This document shows, piece after piece, positions 20,791 through 31,224 of a stretch of DNA of 64,000 nucleotides. The stretch is from Ferruginibacter sp. (GTDB taxonomy: Bacteria > Bacteroidota > Bacteroidia > Chitinophagales > Chitinophagaceae). The stretch lies in assembly GCA_043732685.1 (NCBI GenBank), contig JAYTHI010000171.1, positions 6,988-70,987 of the forward strand. Reading direction: 5' to 3'. The notes beneath the pieces were generated by a model, which was not told where the DNA came from, did no database searches, and saw only the letters and a program-made list of their open reading frames with translations. Position 1 is the first letter of the stretch; the number at the start of each line of letters is the position of its first letter. Position numbers and translations under genes: made by a program.

Positions 20791-21203
20791 AAGCTTTATA
20801 ACTTGCCGTACCCGGTCAGACGAAGACGTCAGACCGGGTACTATCAGCGACTCCATAATTTAATAGGAATTTATTATGTTTCCTCCCCATGCCTGCATTA
20901 TTTATTTTTGTAATTCTTAACTTGAAAATATTAGATACTTTTTCCCTCTTCATTTAATCAAAAAGCTCTTTAACTAGCCGTAACCGGTCAGACGAAGGCG
21001 TCAGACCGGTTATTATCAGCGACTCCATAATTTAATAGGAATTTATTATGTTTCCTCCCCATGCCTGCATTATTTATTTTTATAATTGTTAACTTGAAAA
21101 TATTAGATACTATTCCCTTTTTTATTTAATCAAAAAGCTTTTTAACTTGCCGTAACCAGTCAAACGATGGCGTCAGACCGGTTACTATCAGTGACTTTAT
21201 AAT
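20791..21203. repeat. 172-bp tandem repeat, ~2.4 copies, each with a REP-like hairpin
   Basis: Hairpin cores recur at 20814, 20986 and 21158 (period exactly 172); the intervening sequence is near-identical (about a dozen substitutions by eye). Confidence 0.95.
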
Positions 21204-21297
21204 TGAAAATATATTTCTTTTTAATACCCCAAAATCACGGTTATAAAAAATTTTCAGGCTTTTTACATAGTTTTAGTTCCTCACAAGACTACCGCTA

Positions 21298-21840
21298 CTA
21301 CTCCAGCGCCAACCTCAAAATTGCATTCACCGTTTTCCAATTTCTTGTAGTGGCTTTTACTTTCAGTTTGGTTTCTAAAAAAATATTATTGAGTTTGGTA
21401 TTTCCATATCCATTCGGGCAATATAAATAAATGGCATTCTCAGCAAATTCAATGTCCTCATTTTCTTGTTTTTTGGCTTCGATAATTAGTTTATCCGGGG
21501 CAGTTGGTTTATCTGCCAAAAAGCTAACATGTAAAAAAGAAATATCCTTTTGCTTATTTGTTGCAAAGGGATTGTGCTTAATAATGTTTTCCAATTGCTC
21601 AATAGTTAAAACAATTACAGGTACTTCAAAATCAAACTCCTTTTTAATTTGTACGCTAATTTTGTGCTCCAATTTTTTTATATCGGTTACAATAGCAGAG
21701 AAAATAATATTACCACTCTGCACATAACTTTGTATATTTTTAAAGCCTAAATTTTGGTACATTATTTTTAAGGTATCCATTTTAATAAGCTTTTGGCCGC
21801 TTACATTTATACCGCGAAGCAAAGAGATGTACGTCTTCAT
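21298..21840 (-). CDS. DUF1697 domain protein
   Basis: YISLLRGINVSG...M..L, VQSYVQSGNIIF, ATTRNWKTV signature. Confidence 0.93.
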   Translation of the reverse strand: MKTYISLLRGINVSGQKLIKMDTLKIMYQNLGFKNIQSYVQSGNIIFSAIVTDIKKLEHKISVQIKKEFDFEVPVIVLTIEQLENIIKHNPFATNKQKDISFLHVSFLADKPTAPDKLIIEAKKQENEDIEFAENAIYLYCPNGYGNTKLNNIFLETKLKVKATTRNWKTVNAILRLALE

Positions 21841-21912
21841 TATATTTCAGTCGCAATTTTTTTAATCTTTAAAAATACCCGCAATTATTCCAAAACTAAT
21901 CCTGGTAAAGAT

Positions 21913-21948
21913 AAAAAAAAGCCCCGGCTACAATTACGCAACCAGGGC
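21913..21948 (-). terminator. Intrinsic terminator after the amidohydrolase gene
   Basis: Minus strand: 11-bp GC-rich stem GCCCTGGTTGC / GTAGCCGGGGC (with G-U pairs), 6-nt loop, then T8. Confidence 0.85.
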
Positions 21949-21969
21949 ATTTTTTAATTAAAAAATATG

Positions 21970-23250
21970 TTATTCATTTTTATACACTACACCATTTTTC
22001 ATAACAAATTTTACTTTGCCCATTGCCTGCACATCTTTTACCGGATCGCCTTCTACTGCAATAATATCGGCATATTTTCCTTTTTCAATGCTGCCTAAAA
22101 TATTTGAAACCCCCAAAAGATCGGCCGCATTTACAGTGGCCGCTTTTATACATTCCAATATCGGCATACCGCCTTCAGTCATGTAAATAAATTCCATCCA
22201 GTTTTTACCATGGGCATATACACCGGCATCTGTTCCAAAGGCTATTTTAACACCTGCTTTGTACGCTTTTGAAAAAGTTGCCTGAATATAATTACCCACC
22301 ACCAAGGCTTTTACACGAACAATCTCCGGATAATAACCCGGTATTTTTGCAGAGTCTGCAGATGATTTTCCTGCTATAATTGTAGGCACCAGGTAGGTGC
22401 CTCTTTGCTTCATCAATTCCATTATTTCAGCAGTCATGTAGGTGCCATGTTCAATTGAACTTACACCAGCCAGCACAGCACGCTTCATGCCTTCAGCACC
22501 ATGTGCATGTGCAGCTACTTTAAAACCATAATCTTTTGCAGTAGTAACAATGGCCTTTATTTCTTCTTCGGTAAACTGTGCGCCGCTACCATCTTTTGCC
22601 ATACTTAACACACCACCTGTTGCAGTTATTTTAATAAGGTCAGCCCCTTGTTTATACCGCATCCTTACTGCCTTTGCGCAATCATCCACCCCATTTACCA
22701 CCCCTTCTGCCGGACCGGGATCGCCCATAATACTTTCATTAAAATTATTTGTCGGGTCTGCATGTCCACCCGTTGTTGCAATTGCTTTACCTGCTGTATA
22801 AATTCTTGGCCCTTTAATCAACCCGCTATTGATGGCATTGCGTAAAGAAATATTAACACCGCTACCACCCAGATCGCGCAGTGTTGTAAAGCCTGCCATT
22901 AAATCTTTCTCTACCAATCCTACTGACTTAAAAGCTACATCAGCTTTATTTTTAGTAAACTGTTCTATATAATGATTTAGTCCTGTTTCTTCTTCCACAT
23001 GCACATGCATATCCATTAAACCAGGCATTACTGTTTTATTTTTAAGATCAATTATTTTATCAGCTGTTCCTGCAACTGTATACCCTTTTTGAACTTCGGT
23101 AATACTATTTCCGGTAACAATAATTGACATTTCCTTTTGTACCTGCAAGTCATTTACATCAATTAATTGCCCGCAATAAATTATGGTTCTTTGAGCGTAA
23201 ACAATATTTATCAGCACAAGGCTGATTGCTACGAGGACATACTTTTTCAT
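21970..23250 (-). CDS. Metal-dependent amidohydrolase (Xaa-Pro dipeptidase-like), exported
   Basis: Signal peptide; MPGLMDMHVH, IKITATGG, AAHAHG, SIEHG, FGTDAG, GKYADIIAV. Confidence 0.92.
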   Translation of the reverse strand: MKKYVLVAISLVLINIVYAQRTIIYCGQLIDVNDLQVQKEMSIIVTGNSITEVQKGYTVAGTADKIIDLKNKTVMPGLMDMHVHVEEETGLNHYIEQFTKNKADVAFKSVGLVEKDLMAGFTTLRDLGGSGVNISLRNAINSGLIKGPRIYTAGKAIATTGGHADPTNNFNESIMGDPGPAEGVVNGVDDCAKAVRMRYKQGADLIKITATGGVLSMAKDGSGAQFTEEEIKAIVTTAKDYGFKVAAHAHGAEGMKRAVLAGVSSIEHGTYMTAEIMELMKQRGTYLVPTIIAGKSSADSAKIPGYYPEIVRVKALVVGNYIQATFSKAYKAGVKIAFGTDAGVYAHGKNWMEFIYMTEGGMPILECIKAATVNAADLLGVSNILGSIEKGKYADIIAVEGDPVKDVQAMGKVKFVMKNGVVYKNE

Positions 23251-23535
23251 TTTTTATATTTTTTTTATGGTGGAAATTAAATGGTACAACTATTTAAATT
23301 TTTGACAATCGTTCAATAATATACCAATCGTTTAAGGTTGTATAAATAAATTGAAAACTATTTGTATCTTATCCAAATCTATCCTTTTAAGTTGGTGTTT
23401 AAATAATCTTGCTTCAAATTTTTTTGAAAAAGAATAATTAATAACAACTGATTTCCAATAGAATGAACCTTTCAAAATAAAATTATTAGCGGTATATTTA
23501 TCAAAATAAAAATATTAGCTTTTTAAAAATAAAGA

Positions 23536-25680
23536 ATGAAAAAAATATTTATCCTCGTATTAATTACCAGCTGTAATTATATAGTTTCCGCACAGCAAAA
23601 AGAAACCATCAAGGTTACAGACATGTATCAAATAAAATCAGCGGGTAATATTTCACTGTCGCCTGATGGAAGCAAAGCCGCATTTACCCTAATGAGTATT
23701 GAGCCCGATACCGCTAAATGGGAGTATAAATACAGCACTCAAATTTGGATGGTAGCGATGGATGGCACTGCACCAAGACAACTAAGTTTTGCCAAAGAAG
23801 GTGCATCGCAACCAAAGTGGAGTGCCAATGGAAAGCAATTGGCTTTTATAAGGAATGTAGAAGGAAAGCCACAGGTATTTATACTTGGTTTTGAAGGTGG
23901 GGAAGCAATACAATTTACTAAATCCAAGTATGGCGCAAGCAATCCGGAATGGAGCAAGGATGGTAAACATTTGTTATTTACCGCATCAGTTCCTTTAAAA
24001 GATTTATTGACGGATTCAATAGCAAATAAAAATAAAGAGTTGCCCAAATGGGCTTTCGAAAAACCGGGTTTTAATAACAATGCCAACCTAAAAGCTGATA
24101 CCACCAGCGCCAACCCCGATGGAAATATGCAGGCCATCAGAAATTATCTTAGCAATAATGAGAAAGACAATAAAGCCAAAGTATTGGATAAGCTCGGCTT
24201 TCAGGAAGAGTCAACTACTTCATCAAACCTAAGCTTTAACCATATTTTTATAATGGATGCAATGCCTGGAGCAGTAGCGAAAGACATTTCAACCGGCTTT
24301 TATTCTTTCAGCAATGCTCATTTTATAAATGATGCCACCATTATAATGGAAGGGGATATCAATGATAGTATGCACCCCGACAGAAGTGAGGAATCTTCTA
24401 TTTACAAAATGAATATCGATGGATCGGATGTACAAAAAATATTGGGACAGCAAAATAAGATCTATGCAAACGCTGCGGTTTCCACATCGGGTAAATGGTT
24501 GGCATATACCCATAGCAATGCCAATATGGTTACGGTTGAAACGCTGGCGATAATGCCACTAAATGGAAAAGAATCAGACCGCATCGACATTCCTTTCGAC
24601 AGAAATAAACAGCATTTAACCTGGAGTAAAGACGATAATTATTTATACTTTACCGCAACAACTAACGGAGGGGTGGTTATAAACAGGTACAATACAAAAA
24701 CAAATAAAGTTGAGGAGGTTACTGATGTAAATAGTGGTGTAAATAGTTTTGCCATTGGTGACAATAAACTTTTATACTCAAAAATAAATATTAAAAACCC
24801 CTCTGAAATATACCTCGCTGATGCCGGTGGTAAAAATGAAAAAATGGTTTCGGCATTTAATATAGAATGGCTTAAGAGTAAACAATTAAGCATACCCGAA
24901 AAACATAGTTTTATAAATACCAAGGGTATGACGGTTGAATATTGGGTGATGAAACCAACGAATTATGTAGCAGGAAAAAAGTTTCCACTTTTGCTAGAGA
25001 TACATGGCGGACCCGCCGCTATGTGGGGTCCGGGCGAAAATTCTATGTGGCATGAATATCAATATTTTTGCGCCAAAGGTTATGGAGTAGTGTATTGCAA
25101 CCCTCGTGGTTCGGGTGGTTATGGAGTAGATTTTTTAAGAGGTGATATTGCCGATTGGGGTAACGGACCAACAGCAGATGTATTGACAGCATTGGACAAA
25201 ACGGTGGCAGAAGGTTGGGCCGATACGAGCAAATTAATTGTAACCGGTGGCTCCTATGCAGGTTACCTTGTGGCATGGATAATTGCACACGATCAGCGTT
25301 TTAAAGCAGCTTGTTCTCAACGCGGCGTATATGATTTATCTACATTTTTTGGAGAGGGAAATGCCTGGCGTTTAGTGCCCAATTATTTTGGTGGCTATCC
25401 ATGGCAAAAGTCGGTGAAAGAGTTGTTGGACAGAGAGTCGCCGATTACTTATGTACAAAATATTTTTACACCCTATATTATGTTTCATGGTGAAAATGAC
25501 CTGCGCACTGGTGTTATACAGGGTGAAATGATGTACAAAAGTTTAAAGGTTTTGGGCAGGCAGGTAGAGTATGTTCGCCACCCGGGCGCCACACATGAAA
25601 TTACCCGCAGTGGTAATAATCGCCAGCGTGTAGATCAGTTGCTGCGCACTTATGAATTTTTTGAGCGTTTTATTCATTAA
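23536..25680 (+). CDS. S9 family peptidase (acylaminoacyl / dipeptidyl peptidase-like)
   Basis: Signal peptide, PD40-like propeller repeats, IHGGP, NPRGSGGYG, nucleophile GGSYAG, HGENDLR, HEITRSG. Confidence 0.95.
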   Translation: MKKIFILVLITSCNYIVSAQQKETIKVTDMYQIKSAGNISLSPDGSKAAFTLMSIEPDTAKWEYKYSTQIWMVAMDGTAPRQLSFAKEGASQPKWSANGKQLAFIRNVEGKPQVFILGFEGGEAIQFTKSKYGASNPEWSKDGKHLLFTASVPLKDLLTDSIANKNKELPKWAFEKPGFNNNANLKADTTSANPDGNMQAIRNYLSNNEKDNKAKVLDKLGFQEESTTSSNLSFNHIFIMDAMPGAVAKDISTGFYSFSNAHFINDATIIMEGDINDSMHPDRSEESSIYKMNIDGSDVQKILGQQNKIYANAAVSTSGKWLAYTHSNANMVTVETLAIMPLNGKESDRIDIPFDRNKQHLTWSKDDNYLYFTATTNGGVVINRYNTKTNKVEEVTDVNSGVNSFAIGDNKLLYSKINIKNPSEIYLADAGGKNEKMVSAFNIEWLKSKQLSIPEKHSFINTKGMTVEYWVMKPTNYVAGKKFPLLLEIHGGPAAMWGPGENSMWHEYQYFCAKGYGVVYCNPRGSGGYGVDFLRGDIADWGNGPTADVLTALDKTVAEGWADTSKLIVTGGSYAGYLVAWIIAHDQRFKAACSQRGVYDLSTFFGEGNAWRLVPNYFGGYPWQKSVKELLDRESPITYVQNIFTPYIMFHGENDLRTGVIQGEMMYKSLKVLGRQVEYVRHPGATHEITRSGNNRQRVDQLLRTYEFFERFIH

Positions 25681-25720
25681 AATTCTTATCGGAAATAAAC
25701 ATTGGTATTAATTTGGTATG

Positions 25721-25757
25721 TCCGCGTTTGGTATAGTACCAAACACGGATTTTTTTT
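25721..25757 (+). terminator. Intrinsic terminator after the S9 peptidase gene
   Basis: 13-bp stem TCCGCGTTTGGTA / TACCAAACACGGA (one mismatch), 3-nt loop, then a T tract. Confidence 0.8.
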
Positions 25758-25924
25758 AATTATCAAGTTGCTATAATTGGAAAATTGTGTAGGCATACTC
25801 CTGTTGTTAATATTTCACAACACAGCGTAATTGATACGGCTACCATCACATCTAATTTTAAGTGGATATATAATTAGATGTGCTATATTTTAAAAAATTT
25901 GTATTTTTAAATAAAGATTATTAA

Positions 25925-26698
25925 ATGAAAAATGTACTTCCCATAATTATATTTATTACAGTAATTATATTTGCCAGTTCCTGTCAAAAGGAGCTAAGCG
26001 CCCCCAACCAGGCTACTACTATTGATAGCAGCAGTTTACTAAAAACCTATTCAGAAACCTATTCTACCGGCATAACTTCCAGTACCTCGGTAACTTTTAA
26101 TGTTCAATATGGCCCCAATAACCAAATTATAGGTTTAATTTCTACAAGTAACCCAAACGATAAATTTGTTTTTACATTTCCCCTTACCACAAAATACACA
26201 CAAGATATCCTTGCATCTGACACCTTGGTTCTTCATGAAGATTTTTATACCAATAGCAATTTCTTTTTAGATTCTACCTATCAATACAATGATACCCAGG
26301 ATACCACTGCCGAAAAATATTTTTATAATGCCAATAACCAGGTTACTACGATGAATGAATATCAATTTACCAACGGGAAAGGTGAACTGATAAACATTAT
26401 AAAATATGCTTACAATACGGATGGTGACATGATAAATGCCTCGGGCAGCGATTTAACTACAGAAACCTACACCTATAATACGGATGCTGCTTATGTAACA
26501 CCACTAGTTACAGGAATTTTAAATATTAATTCATTCAAAAAGATGCACCTTCCAAAAACATATACATTAACCAGCAATGGTATTATTATAACTACCTTAA
26601 ACTTCACTTATATATTTGATGCAAAAAATAGAATAACCTTTGATAAAGCCACTGCAATTGATGGCAGTAACCTGACAAAAGCCTATACTTATTATTAA
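25925..26698 (+). CDS. Hypothetical lipoprotein with YD-like beta repeats
   Basis: Lipobox FASSC; Thr/Tyr-rich; repeated Y.YN..G/NQ motifs (FYNANNQVT, AYNTDGDM, FDAKNRIT). Confidence 0.75.
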   Translation: MKNVLPIIIFITVIIFASSCQKELSAPNQATTIDSSSLLKTYSETYSTGITSSTSVTFNVQYGPNNQIIGLISTSNPNDKFVFTFPLTTKYTQDILASDTLVLHEDFYTNSNFFLDSTYQYNDTQDTTAEKYFYNANNQVTTMNEYQFTNGKGELINIIKYAYNTDGDMINASGSDLTTETYTYNTDAAYVTPLVTGILNINSFKKMHLPKTYTLTSNGIIITTLNFTYIFDAKNRITFDKATAIDGSNLTKAYTYY

Positions 26699-26802
26699 GT
26701 TGATAGACGCTTACCATATGCGTTTAGGTATTGAAAGTGAAGGGTATATAGAATAGAGCGTCTATAATTTATACTATAAGGCTGATAAATTAAAGGTCAA
26801 TA

Positions 26803-27390
26803 TTAATTATAATAAGGACTAATCATTAAATAAACAATTACACCAGTAACGGCAACATAAAACCAAATAGGCCAGGTAATTCTTGCTAATTTCTTATGTT
26901 TTTCGTATTGCCCGGTTAAAGACCGGTAAGCGGTAAATAATATAAAGGGCATAATTACTGCCGCAAGAGGAATATGGGTAATGAGGATAGTATAATAAAT
27001 AGTCCTTAAACTTCCGACAGCAGCTTTTTCATCAGCACTTAAGATGCCGTCATGGTTGGCATCTCCAAACATGGTTTCGCCGGCCAGCAAGTGATGGCAG
27101 ATATAGGAAAGTAAAAAAAATAAAGAAAGTAAAATAGCGGCAAGCATTATACTGCGATGCAATACGTATTTTTTTAACTTAATGGTAATTAAGCCAGCTA
27201 CCAATAAAATTGCCACCATCGAATTTACCACAGCATTAAATGTGGCAAACACATGCACATTAAACCCAAGGTGCAGGTTTAATTTAAACTTAGCCAAAAA
27301 TGCTACGGCAATAAAAACAATCACTGAAAATACCCAGATCAACTTTTTAGCCTTGGGATCATTTTTAACTAATAATGGTTGTAAAAACAT
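26803..27390 (-). CDS. DUF420 membrane protein
   Basis: Four or more TM segments; LTHIPLAA, HKKLARITWPIWFYVAVTGVIVY signature; usual position after SCO. Confidence 0.92.
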   Translation of the reverse strand: MFLQPLLVKNDPKAKKLIWVFSVIVFIAVAFLAKFKLNLHLGFNVHVFATFNAVVNSMVAILLVAGLITIKLKKYVLHRSIMLAAILLSLFFLLSYICHHLLAGETMFGDANHDGILSADEKAAVGSLRTIYYTILITHIPLAAVIMPFILFTAYRSLTGQYEKHKKLARITWPIWFYVAVTGVIVYLMISPYYN

Positions 27391-27439
27391 TTATTGGATT
27401 TTTATTTTTATTGTATATTTTATTAACAGATACGCTGCT

Positions 27440-28156
27440 TTAACTCCTGTCAAACAATTCATTCAGGAATTGCTTAAAAGTACGTTTTTTTGTTTTTTCA
27501 AGCATTAATAAAGGAATGTCTCTTACCAAAGTTGCTTGCCGTAGCGTATCAAGCCCATTGTACCATCCTCTTACGATACGATTTTTATCTAACAGAAAAA
27601 AGTTTTCTGTATGGATGAAGGCTGTATCTACATTAACGTCGGCAATATTTGCCTTAATTTCATGTAAGGCAAAATCGTAAATTTCCTTTTTATCGCCTGT
27701 TACAAACCACCAACTATCATGATTTGACGTATACCTATTCGCAAATTTTCTTAACTGAGGAACAGAATCATTTACCGGATCTATGCTTACAGAAATAAAT
27801 TGAACAATACTATCATTACTATTGGTATAAGAATTTTGAAGTCTTTTCATACTTCTTGCCATACTTGGACAAATACTTGGGCAGCGACTGAAGAAAAAAT
27901 CAATTACCAATATTTTACCCTTCAAATCATCTAACCTAACCTTTTTACCCAATTGGTTGGTAAAGCTCATATTACTTACCTTATGCCATATGGTATCAGA
28001 AACAAATTTGCCATTTTTAGTCGAGGTTACGACACTATCGTAAAAGTATTTTCGGGGCATTTGAACGGCGGCTTCACCATAATGCTTTACAATAAAATAA
28101 CCGGCAAGTGGTAAAATAATTGCCACGAGCAAACCAATAACTGCGCTTTTATTCAT
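27440..28156 (-). CDS. SCO family copper chaperone
   Basis: FFFSRCPSICP (CxxxC), ISVSIDPVNDS, FIHTENFFLLD. Confidence 0.95.
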   Translation of the reverse strand: MNKSAVIGLLVAIILPLAGYFIVKHYGEAAVQMPRKYFYDSVVTSTKNGKFVSDTIWHKVSNMSFTNQLGKKVRLDDLKGKILVIDFFFSRCPSICPSMARSMKRLQNSYTNSNDSIVQFISVSIDPVNDSVPQLRKFANRYTSNHDSWWFVTGDKKEIYDFALHEIKANIADVNVDTAFIHTENFFLLDKNRIVRGWYNGLDTLRQATLVRDIPLLMLEKTKKRTFKQFLNELFDRS

Positions 28157-28172
28157 TTTCACTATGTTTAAA

Positions 28173-28209
28173 TAAAAAAAACCATCGCCCTTTAATAAGA
28201 GACGATGGC
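28173..28209 (-). terminator. Intrinsic terminator between oxidase subunit IV and SCO
   Basis: Minus strand: stem GCCATCGTCT / GGGCGATGGT followed by T8. Confidence 0.7.
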
Positions 28210-28233
28210 ATTTAAAAAAATTTTAATACTATA

Positions 28234-28668
28234 TTAATCTTTAGCCCCTTTTTCAATTGCAGCAGGAATTACCTGTTCTTGTTGAGAAGGCGGCATGCCA
28301 TTATATTTATTACGCAAATTTCTCCAGCTATTTCCATCCCACAAAAATGCAATGATAAACCAAAAAAACAAACCAAGCGGTACAACAATTGTCATGATCA
28401 TATTGCGTATTTCGCTTCCTAAATGCATAAATACAGAAACAATGTAATAAGCTTTTGCCATGGTTAAAATACAAACCATTCCCTTAAAACCTAATACCAG
28501 ATTGGCACTAGGATTCGCGCCTTTATGAATATTGTAAATAGCAATACCAATTGATAATTCTAAGATAGTTAACACCGATAATATCCAAAAGGTTCTCCAG
28601 ATAGGTTTGGTACTGTCTTCGTGATCAGGATGATACGTTATTTCTTGCGTTGCAAATGAATCGGACAT
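28234..28668 (-). CDS. Cytochrome c oxidase subunit IV family protein
   Basis: Three TM helices; IWRTFWILS.LT..E, KAYYIVSVFMHL; position in the cox operon. Confidence 0.9.
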   Translation of the reverse strand: MSDSFATQEITYHPDHEDSTKPIWRTFWILSVLTILELSIGIAIYNIHKGANPSANLVLGFKGMVCILTMAKAYYIVSVFMHLGSEIRNMIMTIVVPLGLFFWFIIAFLWDGNSWRNLRNKYNGMPPSQQEQVIPAAIEKGAKD

Positions 28669-28719
28669 AATACTATTATTTTATTAAATATGTTTATAAA
28701 TTAAATATTGTCTTTAAAA

Positions 28720-29457
28720 TTAAATCAGATAAAAACAAAGAAACACAAATACCCAAACCAAGTCTACGAAATGCCAATATAAACCAGCCTTCTCAATCAT
28801 CTCATAATGACCGCGCTGATCAAAATGCTTCATTTTGGTTTTGATGTACATAATGATATTGATGATAACTCCACTAAAAACGTGAAAACCATGAAAGCCG
28901 GTAATTTCGAAGAAATAACTACCAAAAGCAATTGGTCCCGGAGTAGCATAATCCCTGCCGTTGATGGTTATTTCCGGACCAAAAGGATTGCGCGCAACGG
29001 TTGTATTCCACAATTCCATATGCCCATTAACCCAAACTTCATGCTGACCAGTTAACATATGCGTCCATTCCCAAGCCTGACAGCTTAAAAATGCAATACC
29101 ACCAATAATAGTTAATAACATGTACTTTTCAACCCCTGCCCTATTCATTTTATGCCCTTCATGCACCGCCAATACCATGGTAACAGAACTGGCAATTAAT
29201 ATAAATGTCATCAGACTCACAAAAGCCAACGGCAAATTTGCATGACCAGCAAATGGAAAGGCATTAAAAACATGATTAGGATCTACCCAATGGTTTACAC
29301 TAAAACGAATGGTACCGTAACTAATAAGAAACGCACCAAAAGTAAATGCATCACTCATTAAAAAATACCACATCATTACTTTACCATAATTAGCGTTGAA
29401 AGGACTTCGACCGCCACTCCACCACTTTGTTCCTTGCTGTACTGCTGCTGTAGACAT
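28720..29457 (-). CDS. Cytochrome c oxidase subunit III (second paralog)
   Basis: MWYFLMSDAFTF, ITGFHGFHV, GLYWHFVDLVWVFVF. Confidence 0.95.
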   Translation of the reverse strand: MSTAAVQQGTKWWSGGRSPFNANYGKVMMWYFLMSDAFTFGAFLISYGTIRFSVNHWVDPNHVFNAFPFAGHANLPLAFVSLMTFILIASSVTMVLAVHEGHKMNRAGVEKYMLLTIIGGIAFLSCQAWEWTHMLTGQHEVWVNGHMELWNTTVARNPFGPEITINGRDYATPGPIAFGSYFFEITGFHGFHVFSGVIINIIMYIKTKMKHFDQRGHYEMIEKAGLYWHFVDLVWVFVFLCFYLI

Positions 29458-29536
29458 TAAAAAAACTTTATATTGATTAATAACTTTTATACAATTGAAT
29501 ATTATATAAAATAAGACAAAAAAACCTAACCTGTAT

Positions 29537-30103
29537 TTACCGAATCAAAATTAAAAATATCAACAAATAAATCCATAAAAAATCTACAAAATGCCAATAG
29601 GTGCTGATTACTTCAACCGGTACGATGTCATAATTTCTAACTTTGGCACTGAATGCTTTGGCAAATAATATAAGTAGCGCAATAATTCCACCTAAAATAT
29701 GCAGGGCATGCAAGCCTATAATCACATATAAAAAAGAAAAAGAAACATTTGCTGTCAACGTCATTCCGTTAGCCCATAATTGTTGAAAGCCTATAAACTG
29801 AAATACAATAAACAAAATACCTAAAATTAAAGTTCCTACAACCAATCCCCTAAACTTTACCATATTCCGAACTCTAAAAGCATTCTGCGCCAAATACAAT
29901 GTATAGCTACTTAAAATAATGACCGCAGTGGAATACCAAAAAATCACAGGTAAATTAAAGGTAACCCAATTTACCTGGTTACGCTTTATTATGTACGCAC
30001 TGGTAAAACCAGCAAACATCATTGTAATGCTGGCCAAAGCCACCCAAAGTGTAAATTTGTGCGGATGAATTCTTTTTTTCTGTTCCCGAACCACTATGCT
30101 CAT
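29537..30103 (-). CDS. Cytochrome c oxidase subunit III (first paralog)
   Basis: LWVALASITMMFAGFTSAY, GLHALHILGG, YWHFVDFLWIYL. Confidence 0.93.
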   Translation of the reverse strand: MSIVVREQKKRIHPHKFTLWVALASITMMFAGFTSAYIIKRNQVNWVTFNLPVIFWYSTAVIILSSYTLYLAQNAFRVRNMVKFRGLVVGTLILGILFIVFQFIGFQQLWANGMTLTANVSFSFLYVIIGLHALHILGGIIALLILFAKAFSAKVRNYDIVPVEVISTYWHFVDFLWIYLLIFLILIR

Positions 30104-30178
30104 TAATTTTTATTTAGAATATCAAAAACAATTGAAGCATTAATATGTATTAACTATATTACTTTAAATAAAAGAATA

Positions 30179-31111
30179 TTAATGCGCACGTGCAAAAAAT
30201 AACGCCAATAAAACAAGCATTAAATAAAAATATGAGCTAAACATAACTCTTCTGGCGCTCTTTATATCCATTCTAATAAACAATAAAATACTAACGTAAA
30301 CCATCCACAAATTACAAAGAAACAATACTCCTGAACCAACTAAGCCTCTTGCACCCGTATCAATTATACCACCGAAATAAGGTAACAAACCAAATGGAAT
30401 CATCAATGAACTATAAATGATAGTTTGTAAGGCGGTAAACTTGGTAGGACCTTTATCGCCTGGCAATAGTTTAAAACCTGCGGTTGTATAATCCTGATGA
30501 GCTAACCAGGCAATAGCCCAAAAATGTGGAAATTGCCATAAAAACTGTATACCAAACAAAATCCAGCCACCAACTGCAAAAACATCATTTGTGGCAGCAA
30601 CCCAACCAATTAAACAAGGCAAAGCTCCAGGAATTGCACCAACCAGAACAGCTATTGAATTTACCTTTTTTAAAGGGGTATAAACAAAACCATAAAGTAA
30701 GAGACTAAACAAACTAACCAGCGCACTTTGATAATTAAACCAATTATAAAAAATAAACAAACCAACTAAACCTGTAATCACTGCAAAAGCAGTTGCTTCT
30801 GCCACACTCATTCTTCCGCTGGCTACAGGCCTGTTTGCTGTACGCTTCATAATGGCATCGGTATCTTTTTCCAATACCTGATTAATTGCATTTGCGGAAC
30901 CTGTAATAAACATCCCACCAACAAAAAGTAAAAGAACTGATATAACTTTTGAACGACTATAAATTAATTCATTCGGTGCAATTAAAAAACTAACAACAGT
31001 ACTAAAAACCACCATAAAACTTAATGTGAACTTAATCAACAAAAAGTAATCCTTCACCTTAGCAGCTAAAACAAAAGATCCTGAATTAGTTATGGTTGAT
31101 TCATTCTGCAT
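30179..31111 (-). CDS. cyoE: Heme o synthase (protoheme IX farnesyltransferase)
   Basis: NQVLEKDTDAIMKRTANRP, YTPLK, GAIPGALP, WQFPHF. Start uncertain (31111, 31165 or 31213). Confidence 0.95.
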   Translation of the reverse strand: MQNESTITNSGSFVLAAKVKDYFLLIKFTLSFMVVFSTVVSFLIAPNELIYSRSKVISVLLLFVGGMFITGSANAINQVLEKDTDAIMKRTANRPVASGRMSVAEATAFAVITGLVGLFIFYNWFNYQSALVSLFSLLLYGFVYTPLKKVNSIAVLVGAIPGALPCLIGWVAATNDVFAVGGWILFGIQFLWQFPHFWAIAWLAHQDYTTAGFKLLPGDKGPTKFTALQTIIYSSLMIPFGLLPYFGGIIDTGARGLVGSGVLFLCNLWMVYVSILLFIRMDIKSARRVMFSSYFYLMLVLLALFFARAH

Positions 31112-31224
31112 TATTATAGGAGTTGATGGCTTATAACTCAACTTATTATCTTCAATTTTATCCATCTTCCTTATTAAAACACCTTTTTTAAAAGTGCTTA
31201 CATTAAACACCAATCAAAATTATA

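Noticed and set aside
20791-21203. CRISPR array
   Set aside because: The sequences between the palindromes are ~140 nt and nearly identical rather than unique 30-40 nt spacers, and there are no cas genes.
26703-26765. 9-bp inverted repeat ATAGACGCT / AGCGTCTAT between convergent genes
   Set aside because: The 45-nt loop and short stem make it weak; it may be chance or a poor terminator.
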